Assembly (NCBI GenBank): GCA_964581845.1
Contig: CAZORO010000002.1
Location: 1-50,298, forward strand
Length of the DNA: 50,298 nt
Origin: an uncultured bacterium
GTDB lineage: Bacteria > Hinthialibacterota > Hinthialibacteria > OLB16
Reading direction: 5' to 3'
In this document: positions 44,264 through 50,298 of the stretch, in pieces
Numbering within the stretch: position 1 is the first letter of the stretch
How the letters are laid out: each line of letters starts with the position of its first letter
Position numbers and translations under genes: made by a program
Notes under the pieces: model-generated
What the model was told of the DNA's origin: nothing
Databases searched by the model: none
The model's input: the letters and a program-made list of their open reading frames with translations, nothing else

Positions 44264-45688
44264 ATGGCTGTTCAGTCCGCCGCTGTATCCTCGGATGCAT
44301 CCCGTGAGCGGGGAAGCACCATCTATCTGACCTTCGTATGCGTGGTATCCGCCTTGGGCGGACTTCTTTTTGGGTTTGACACTGTAGTCATTTCAGGCAC
44401 GGTGACATCGGTGACAAGCCAATTTGAGTTGAATGAATGGCTCAAGGGGCTCTTTGTAGCCGCCGCGCTCGTGGGATGCATGTTGGGCGCGGGTGTGGCT
44501 GGTTCACTAAGCGACGCTTTTGGGCGGAAGAAGGTACTGATATTATCTTCCATCCTGTTTCTCGCGACAGCCATTGGTTGCGCCATCGCCTGGGATAAAT
44601 GGTCGCTGCTTATTTTCCGCTTCATCGGGGGCATGGGCATTGGCGTCGCTTCCATGGTATGTCCACTGTACATTTCGGAAATATCTCCTGCGAATCTACG
44701 GGGTAGAATGGTGACTTTGTTTCAGTTCGCGATCACGATAGGAATCTGCTTGTCGCTATTCTCCAATGCTTTTTTGGAATCCCTCTCAAGAGCGGGAGCT
44801 GGTCAGGCCAATTCTAGCTGGTATCAATGGATTGTGGTCGATCAAGTATGGAGATCCATGTTTTTCGCGGCGACAATCCCCTCGGTGGCATTCGCGTTGC
44901 TGACGCTCTTCATTCCTGAGAGCCCACGCTGGCTGGTGAAGAGTGGTAGGGAAAGCGAGGCCTTGAGCATCTTGTCGCGTGTGGCGGGATCGAAGGCGGC
45001 TTCACGCTCGATGGAGGAGATACGGGCCACCATCGCCGAGGAAACCGGTGCTCTCTCGGAGCTTTTCCGTCCGGGACTGCGTAAAGCTCTTTTTGTGGCC
45101 TTGTTCCTGTCGATGGTGTCTGAATTCAGCGGGGTCACCGTGGTGCTGTATTATGGACCAGACATTCTCAACAATGCCGGGGTCCGTCTGGGCGAGGCGC
45201 TGGGCGGTTTTGTCGTGATTGGTATTGTCAACATGGTCTTTACCGTGATCGCTTTATGGTTGATGGATCATGCGGGCCGAAGGCCGCTCTTGTTTTGGGG
45301 AAACCTGGGATGCTGTCTAGCGCTGGCATCGATCGGTACCTTGTTCGCGACAGGGAAAAATGAGGGGGCCCTGGTTGTGGCCCTGATCTGCCTCTTCATG
45401 GCATGTTTTGCCTTCTCTATTGGACCGATCAAATGGGTGGTGATGTCCGAGATTTTCCCCACCCGTATCCGTGGACGCGCGGTGGCGATCGCGACCGTGG
45501 CGGTGTGGCTAGCTGATGCCATATACAACGTCATTTTCCCCTGGGCCGAGAGGAGACTGGGTGTCGCGGCCTGTTTTTTTGTCTTCGCGGCTGTGCTCAT
45601 ACCTCAGTTTTTCTTTGTGCTGTATGTCATGCCAGAAACCAAGGGCCGTACGCTTGAGGAAATCGAGAAATCCTGGACCCGTCACTAG
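44264..45688 (+). CDS. MFS sugar porter (sugar:H+ symporter family)
   Basis: Motifs LLFGFDTVVISG, GRKK, PESPRWL, GRRPLL and PETKGRTLEEIE, with about 12 hydrophobic segments. Confidence 0.9.
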   Translation: MAVQSAAVSSDASRERGSTIYLTFVCVVSALGGLLFGFDTVVISGTVTSVTSQFELNEWLKGLFVAAALVGCMLGAGVAGSLSDAFGRKKVLILSSILFLATAIGCAIAWDKWSLLIFRFIGGMGIGVASMVCPLYISEISPANLRGRMVTLFQFAITIGICLSLFSNAFLESLSRAGAGQANSSWYQWIVVDQVWRSMFFAATIPSVAFALLTLFIPESPRWLVKSGRESEALSILSRVAGSKAASRSMEEIRATIAEETGALSELFRPGLRKALFVALFLSMVSEFSGVTVVLYYGPDILNNAGVRLGEALGGFVVIGIVNMVFTVIALWLMDHAGRRPLLFWGNLGCCLALASIGTLFATGKNEGALVVALICLFMACFAFSIGPIKWVVMSEIFPTRIRGRAVAIATVAVWLADAIYNVIFPWAERRLGVAACFFVFAAVLIPQFFFVLYVMPETKGRTLEEIEKSWTRH

Positions 45689-45697
45689 TGTTTTGTT

Positions 45698-45838
45698 GGG
45701 GTGAGGTGGCAACAGAAACCTCACCCCTAAATCCCCTCTCCCTATCGCACGCACTCGTGTGATACAAGAGGGCGAGGGGACTTGTGACTCCCCCTTCGCC
45801 CTCTCCCAAACAGAGATGGGGTTGGGGGGGTGAGGTCC
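45698..45838. repeat. G/C-rich nested-palindrome intergenic repeat, copy A (full length with extra hairpins)
   Basis: Begins 10 nt after the MFS stop. Contains the perfect hairpin GGGGTGAGGT-N10-ACCTCACCCC (45698-45727), the left arm ACCTCACCCCTAAATCCCCTCTCCC, inner hairpins (TATCGCAC-N6-GTGTGATA and AGAGGGCGAGGGGA..CTCCCCCTTCGCCCTCT), and the right arm GGGGTTGGGGGGGTGAGGTC. Confidence 0.75.
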
Positions 45839-46082
45839 AATTGATTTCGAAAGTAACCTGCTGAAAACTGAACAGCAAGTCAGCTTGCCAAGATCCAAGA
45901 AGCTCATCAAGTCCAGATCTTCACGCGGGAAACATCTCCAATTCACTTTTCCATCCAAGAAATAACTTACTCAAAACACAAGGGTTAGTGTGGTTTTGGG
46001 CTGTTCCTTCTGGATTTGGCAAGAATCCTGTTCACAGGGAACGCCGCAGTTGATTACCGAGGCGAAATGACGGAGGTACACG

Positions 46083-47402
46083 ATGAGGAAGTTTGGGATA
46101 ATAGGGTCATTCTGCGTGTTGGGTGTTTTTTCTTGTCTTCCAGCCTATGGACAAGATGCGGCCTCGGGTCCATCCGTGGATGGAGCCGACACGGCTTGGA
46201 TTTTGGCTTCGAGCGCCTTGGTGTTGTTCATGACACCGGGGTTGGCCTTGTTTTATGGCGGTTTGGTACGGGCGAAGAATGTGCTTTCCACCATGATGCA
46301 CAGTTTCACGGCCATGATGGTGGTGACCATCGTGTGGGCTTTGTGGGGATACAGCTTAGCCTTTGGTTCGGATGTGGGTGGCGGGCTGCTTGGCAATTTG
46401 GAATACATCGGGCTGCGTGGAGTGGCCTGGGATACACCGCGCTCTGACCTGGGAACCACCATTCCGCACCTCCTCTTCTGTATGTACCAGTTGATGTTCG
46501 CGATCATCACCCCCGCTCTGATCTCGGGTGCTTTCGCGGAACGGATGAAATTCTCCAGCTTCATGGTCTTTCTGATCCTCTGGTCGACATTGGTCTATAG
46601 CCCGGTATGTCACTGGGTCTGGGGACCGGGAGGTTGGCTGGGAGCATGGGGAGTTCAGGACTTCGCTGGCGGAACAGTCGTCCATATCACCTCGGGTATC
46701 GCCGCATTGGCCTCGGCCCTGGTGATAGGAAAAAGGAAAGGGTATCCCCACACCCCCATGCTTCCGCACAACATGCCCTGGTGTGCGCTGGGCGCGGGGA
46801 TCCTCTGGTTCGGATGGTTTGGCTTCAATGGCGGTAGTGCTTTGGCCGCAAATGGAGTTGCGGCGGTGGCTTTTGCGAACACCCATCTCGCGGCGGCTTC
46901 CGCGGCATTGGCCTGGTTCGCCGCGGAGTGGATCTTCAGGGGGAAGGGAACCATGCTCGGACTTGCCACGGGTGCTGTTGCCGGGTTGGTGGGGATTACC
47001 CCCGCGGCTGGTTTTATCGCTCCGTTCTCGGCGATCGTGTTGGGTGCCATTACCAGCTGGGTGTGCTATTGGTTTGTGTCGCACAAGGAGAAGTTTGGCT
47101 ATGATGACTCCCTGGATGCCTTTGGCGTGCATGGAGTAGGGGGAACCACGGGGGCGATTCTGACGGGAGTTTTCGCGGTCCAGGTCCTGGGGCTGGCGCC
47201 CTACAAGGATGGCCTCATCAGCCAAGGCACCTTGATCCTTCGCCAGATCGCGGGAGCGGGGATCACCATCCTCTATGCCTTTGTGGTCAGCTTCATACTG
47301 TTAAAAATTATCGATGCGATTTTGGGATTACGTGTCCGCGCGGATGCCGAGGACACAGGCCTGGATGTGGATCAACATGGTGAAAGTGGATATTCGCTCT
47401 AG
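46083..47402 (+). CDS. amtB: Ammonium transporter (Amt family)
   Basis: Signal peptide, then DTAWILASSALVLFMTPGLALFYGG, DFAGGTVVHITSG, GWFGFNGGS and VHGVGGTTGAILTG, which are hallmark Amt motifs. GGAGG lies 7 nt upstream of the ATG. Confidence 0.95.
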   Translation: MRKFGIIGSFCVLGVFSCLPAYGQDAASGPSVDGADTAWILASSALVLFMTPGLALFYGGLVRAKNVLSTMMHSFTAMMVVTIVWALWGYSLAFGSDVGGGLLGNLEYIGLRGVAWDTPRSDLGTTIPHLLFCMYQLMFAIITPALISGAFAERMKFSSFMVFLILWSTLVYSPVCHWVWGPGGWLGAWGVQDFAGGTVVHITSGIAALASALVIGKRKGYPHTPMLPHNMPWCALGAGILWFGWFGFNGGSALAANGVAAVAFANTHLAAASAALAWFAAEWIFRGKGTMLGLATGAVAGLVGITPAAGFIAPFSAIVLGAITSWVCYWFVSHKEKFGYDDSLDAFGVHGVGGTTGAILTGVFAVQVLGLAPYKDGLISQGTLILRQIAGAGITILYAFVVSFILLKIIDAILGLRVRADAEDTGLDVDQHGESGYSL

Positions 47403-47482
47403 GATCCACGCCGGAGCGCTTAATGAGCTGTTTGGGAACTGAGAATCCTTAAAAAAAAGAGGAAAAAACAAGGAGAAACCTC

Positions 47483-47821
47483 ATGAAGATCATTACCGCT
47501 ATCATCCGTCCCAGCAAACTGGATGATATTAAGAGCACCCTTTCCGAGATGGGAATCACCGGATTGACCATTACCGAGGTGCGTGGACATGGACGTCAGA
47601 AAGGACACAAAGAGCTCTTCCGCGGCAAGGAGTATGTAGTGGACCTGGTACCCAAAATACGCTTGGAGATTGCCCTTCATGAATCCAAGGTCGAGGCGGT
47701 TGTCTCGGCCATCGAAAAGGCCGCGCGAACTGGCGAGGTCGGTGATGGCAAGGTTTTTATCATGGACCTCGAGAACTGTGTCCGCATACGTACTGGAGAA
47801 CGTGGCGAATCGGCATTGTAG
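47483..47821 (+). CDS. glnK: Nitrogen regulatory protein P-II
   Basis: 112 aa: MKIITAIIRPSKLDDIKSTL...TEVRGHGRQKGHKELFRGKEYVVD...GDGKVFI. The T-loop Tyr51 is conserved. It lies directly downstream of amtB. AAGGAG lies upstream of the ATG. Confidence 0.95.
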   Translation: MKIITAIIRPSKLDDIKSTLSEMGITGLTITEVRGHGRQKGHKELFRGKEYVVDLVPKIRLEIALHESKVEAVVSAIEKAARTGEVGDGKVFIMDLENCVRIRTGERGESAL

Positions 47822-47850
47822 TTCTCTGATGGGTTACTGAAGCCATAGAA

Positions 47851-47890
47851 GACCTCTCCCCCAACCCCTCTCCCAGCGGGGGAGGGGGGC
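47851..47890. repeat. G/C-rich palindromic intergenic repeat, copy B (left arm plus inner hairpin only)
   Basis: GACCTCTCCCCCAACCCCTCTCCCAGCGGGGGAGGGGGGC starts 30 nt after the glnK stop. The left arm matches copies A and C. CCCCTCTCCC-AGC-GGGGGAGGGG can fold. Confidence 0.65.
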
Positions 47891-47972
47891 TTTAGTGGCT
47901 GTTTTCAACCACATTCCTCTTGCTCTTCGAGTAGATTCCCCTAGAATTAAAGGGAACCAACACGGAAAGCAG

Positions 47973-49460
47973 ATGAAATCCATGCCCACAGCCTCTCCTG
48001 AATCCCACCCTGCCGAAAAAGTCACCAAAACCCTTTCTCTCCATGACCTGGTGGAGAATGCTATTGATGGTATCTTCATCATTGACCGGAACCGTCGTCT
48101 GGTTGAATTCAACCGGACCTGTGAGTTGATGACCGGTTACTCGCGCGAGGAGGTGATTGGAAAGAATGTCTTCTGTGCGCGAGCGATCCAGTGTCAAAAC
48201 GCGGCGCGAGAGTCGATGGCGGGGACCCTTTGTCCCAGTCTGACCGTGTTCCAGTCGGATTTGAGCCGTCAATCTGAGCGCATGAGGGCGATCGCGCGCG
48301 ATGGTTCCGAGAAGTGGGTCGAAACCCATTACACCCCCATCTATGACTCCGATGGCAAGGTCGAGTATGTCCTTGGGATCATACGGGATATCACCTCCCA
48401 AGTGACTCTCGAAGAGGAACATGCCCGGCTGGGGGAGGAGCTGGACAACTACCGTCAGGAAATCGAAAGCCGTTATGACTTTGCAAAGCTGATCGGTAAC
48501 AGCAAGCCGATGCTGGAGGCCCTCGAACTGGCGGGAGAGGTGGCGGGAACAAATACGACAGTTCTCATCACCGGCGAAAGTGGGACTGGGAAGGAGCTCC
48601 TGGCACGTGCCATCCATTTCAATAGCAACCGGAAAGGCGGGCCGCTGGTGGCGGTCAACTGTGCCGCCTTTCCGGAACAGCTTTTGGAAAGCGAGCTCTT
48701 CGGTTATGACCGCGGCGCTTTCACCGGTGCCGACCGTACCAAGCCGGGACGCTTCGAGTTGGCTCATGGAGGCACCCTTTTCCTGGATGAAATTGCCGAA
48801 ACCAGCCTCACCACCCAGGCCAAGCTGCTGCGTGTGATCCAGGAGCGTGAGGTGGAGCATCTGGGCGGGACACGTCCCATCCCCGTGGATGTCCGTTTGG
48901 TCACTGCCACCAACCGGAACCTGGAGGAGATGGTACGCGAGGGTCAGTTCCGCCAGGATCTCTTCTACCGGATCAGCGTCTTCCCCATCCGCCTACCCGC
49001 TTTGCGTGAACGTAAACAGGACATCCTCCCTTTGGCGGGTCATTTCCTCGAGCGGTTCGCCATGGAGACTGGTAAGAAGGTTCCCGGTATTAGCCGTGAG
49101 GCTCGCAAGCTTCTGCTCGAACACCGTTGGGAGGGAAATGTCCGTGAGCTCCAGAATGTCATAGAGCGTGCGGTGATCCTCTGCCGTGGGGATCTGATCA
49201 CCTCAGCGCACCTTCCCATTGGGGCAAAAAACCCAGCCAGGAACCTCTCCCATCGTCAGCAACCTTACAACGGTGTTCCACTTCCCGAGGAGGGGTTGAA
49301 CCTCGAGGAGGTTGAGAAATCCCTGCTCCTGCAAGCCCTTGCCAGAGCACGCAACAACAAGACCCGCGCCGCTTCACTTCTGGGATTGACTCGCTCCACC
49401 TTGCGGTACCGTCTCCAAAAGTTCGGCCTGGAAGAGGCTGAGGCGAGCCAGAACGGTTGA
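47973..49460 (+). CDS. Sigma-54-dependent transcriptional activator (PAS - AAA+ - Fis-type HTH), no receiver domain
   Basis: PAS segment ([22 protein letters not shown]...GIIRDIT), Walker A GESGTGKE, the GAFTGA motif (DRGAFTGAD), and a C-terminal [24 protein letters not shown] moved the start to the ATG at 47973; the ORF track begins at 47895, inside repeat-flanking sequence. Confidence 0.9.
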   Translation: MKSMPTASPESHPAEKVTKTLSLHDLVENAIDGIFIIDRNRRLVEFNRTCELMTGYSREEVIGKNVFCARAIQCQNAARESMAGTLCPSLTVFQSDLSRQSERMRAIARDGSEKWVETHYTPIYDSDGKVEYVLGIIRDITSQVTLEEEHARLGEELDNYRQEIESRYDFAKLIGNSKPMLEALELAGEVAGTNTTVLITGESGTGKELLARAIHFNSNRKGGPLVAVNCAAFPEQLLESELFGYDRGAFTGADRTKPGRFELAHGGTLFLDEIAETSLTTQAKLLRVIQEREVEHLGGTRPIPVDVRLVTATNRNLEEMVREGQFRQDLFYRISVFPIRLPALRERKQDILPLAGHFLERFAMETGKKVPGISREARKLLLEHRWEGNVRELQNVIERAVILCRGDLITSAHLPIGAKNPARNLSHRQQPYNGVPLPEEGLNLEEVEKSLLLQALARARNNKTRAASLLGLTRSTLRYRLQKFGLEEAEASQNG

Positions 49461-49580
49461 TAACAACCACTCTTAAACTCGCCTAAGGCATCTATAGGGA
49501 CTGAAATCGAACCATCTGAATGGACACAACCGTCTGTGATCATTGATCTTAGTATTAGTAAGGGGATGAGTCAAAGGATC

Positions 49581-49596
49581 TGGCTTGAATTCTGCT
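49581..49596 (+). promoter_or_regulatory. Candidate sigma-54 (-24/-12) promoter
   Basis: TGGCTTGAATTCTGCT fits TGGCAC-N5-TTGCW: GG and GC are at the correct 10-nt spacing, with TGGC, G7, A8 and TGCT matching. It lies between the activator gene and the small ORF. Confidence 0.4.
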
Positions 49597-49779
49597 AGTG
49601 AAATGGAGGAAGGAAACCACTCAAGACCGGTTGAAATGATCGGCTGGTGAGTTGAGACCATCATTTCCGTCTTCGCGGGAATGATGGTTCAAAAAGAAGA
49701 CCCCCATTACTCACTGCCGCAAAGGCGGGAATCCATGGACATGGAACGGGTCTTAAGGGGAAATAGAAAGCGAGACACC

Positions 49780-50112
49780 ATGAGCCAGGAATCAGTTGAG
49801 ATCCTGTTAGGTAAGATCATCACCGATGATGAAACTCGTGCCCGATTCTTTCGTATTCCGGAAGAAACTTGCCGGAATCTGGGCTTGGATCTTACGGAGG
49901 TTGAGATGGCGGCTTTACGCCGTGTGCCAAGCCATGCGGTACGCCAAATGGCCATGAGCCTCGATCCACGGATTATACGGGCTACTCTTGGCCACCGGGA
50001 ATCGGCCACCGCGCGCAGAACTGGAGAGAGACAACATCCGCTCAGGTATTCCGTTAAACCATCCGAGGATCTGGCCTCAAAAATCGTGGAATTGGTTACA
50101 GCGGAACATTAG
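49780..50112 (+). CDS. Small helical protein of unknown function (possibly 143 aa if it starts at 49681)
   Basis: The ORF has three possible ATG starts (49681, 49735, 49780), none with a strong SD. The core MSQESVEILLGKIITDDETRARFFRIPEETCRNLGLDLTEVEMAALRRV resembles the short helical domain of NHLP-clan or Os1348-like small proteins. That resemblance is from memory and is unverified. Confidence 0.5.
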   Translation: MSQESVEILLGKIITDDETRARFFRIPEETCRNLGLDLTEVEMAALRRVPSHAVRQMAMSLDPRIIRATLGHRESATARRTGERQHPLRYSVKPSEDLASKIVELVTAEH

Positions 50113-50113
50113 A

Positions 50114-50202
50114 GACCTTACCCCCCAACCCCCCTCTCCCGCTGGGCGAGGGGAGGGGGCTCCCCCTTCTTCCCTGGGGAGAGGGGGTTGGGGCGTGAGG
50201 TC
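50114..50202. repeat. G/C-rich nested-palindrome intergenic repeat, copy C (full length)
   Basis: GACCTTACCCCCCAACCCCCCTCTCCC...GGGGAGAGGGGGTTGGGGCGTGAGGTC gives imperfect inverted arms of about 27 nt around an inner GAGGGGAGGGGGCTCCCCCTTC hairpin. It starts 2 nt after the stop at 50112. Confidence 0.75.
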
Positions 50203-50225
50203 TACCGGAAGAGAAGGAGAAACAT

Positions 50226-50298
50226 ATGAGTCATCAGCAAGCCAAGGATACGGTCATCTATATGGATAACCACGCTACCACTCCGATGGATCCGCGTG
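50226..50298 (+). CDS. Cysteine desulfurase (NifS/IscS-like), N-terminus only; truncated by the window edge
   Basis: AAGGAGAAACAT precedes the ATG. MSHQQAKDTVIYMDNHATTPMDPRV matches the IY(L/M)D-x-x-ATTP-x-DPRV N-terminal signature of class V aminotransferase cysteine desulfurases. Confidence 0.7.
   Translation, partial: MSHQQAKDTVIYMDNHATTPMDPR

Noticed and set aside
46027-46042. Sigma-54-like site TGGCAAGAATCCTGTT upstream of amtB
   Set aside because: The -24 GG and the spacing fit, but the conserved -12 GC is GT here. It is too weak to call as a feature and is mentioned only as context in the nitrogen-module finding.
46356-47225. 289-aa minus-strand ORF (also 46655-47050 and 46783-47139)
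   Set aside because: It is antisense or out of frame to amtB, which carries hallmark Amt motifs. The products are Arg/Pro/Gly-rich nonsense.
47892-48860. 322-aa minus-strand ORF
   Set aside because: It lies fully antisense to the sigma-54 activator gene, whose AAA+ and GAFTGA motifs are unambiguous. It is a shadow ORF in GC-rich coding sequence.
49988-50269. 93-aa ORF ending in PSPAGRGEGAPPSSLGRGGWGVRS
   Set aside because: It overlaps the 3' end of the small ORF in another frame, and its C-terminal half is just a translation of the G/C-rich palindromic repeat copy C. This is a typical repeat-derived false ORF.
1-50298. CRISPR arrays, transposases or IS elements, phage genes, toxin-antitoxin pairs, restriction-modification or other known defence genes
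   Set aside because: I scanned the ORF products and the intergenic sequence. There are no regularly spaced direct repeats, no DDE, integrase or recombinase motifs, and no recognisable defence-system signatures.

Overview
This 50.3 kb window is densely coding and looks like a chromosomal segment from a PVC-type bacterium (Verrucomicrobiota, Planctomycetota or Lentisphaerota-like). That guess rests on gene content only: a prepilin-like GFTLIELL N-terminus, LamG, lamin-tail and CotH modules, many Gfo/Idh/MocA and xylose-isomerase-like TIM-barrel genes, and strong GGAGG ribosome-binding sites. No database search was possible.

Left to right, the window contains:
1. A minus-strand trio (1-2.5 kb): a secreted TIM-barrel isomerase-like gene (truncated at the edge), a small membrane protein, and a Tat-signal DegT-type aminotransferase.
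2. A secreted glycosidase locus (2.8-15 kb): a BNR/sialidase-like protein, two diverged GH116-like paralogs flanking an unknown secreted protein, a Gfo/Idh/MocA protein with a non-canonical motif, and an 855-aa protein with a six-hairpin-like region.
3. A five-gene minus-strand operon (15.07-22.4 kb), partly translationally coupled: exported WD40 propeller, secreted protein made of two tandem domain copies, two half-size ABC exporters (one with a degenerate signature motif), and an HlyD-like adaptor. This is my best candidate for an undescribed system.
4. tRNA-Gly(CCC).
5. A LamG-GH2 glycosidase immediately downstream of a roughly 1700-aa lamin-tail/CotH/LamG protein. Divergent from these are an internally duplicated beta-helix protein and an orphan pseudopilin-like gene.
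6. A ten-gene plus-strand sugar or polyol catabolic operon (34.8-45.7 kb) that includes a clear D-psicose/D-tagatose 3-epimerase homolog.
7. amtB-glnK, a PAS/sigma-54 activator with a four-Cys PAS domain, a candidate sigma-54 promoter, a small helical protein, and the start of a NifS/IscS-like cysteine desulfurase.

Three copies of a G/C-rich nested-palindrome repeat sit directly after stop codons in the last 5 kb. I recognised no CRISPR array, transposase, integrase, phage gene or known defence gene. All functional calls come from motif recognition by eye and need HMM or structure confirmation.
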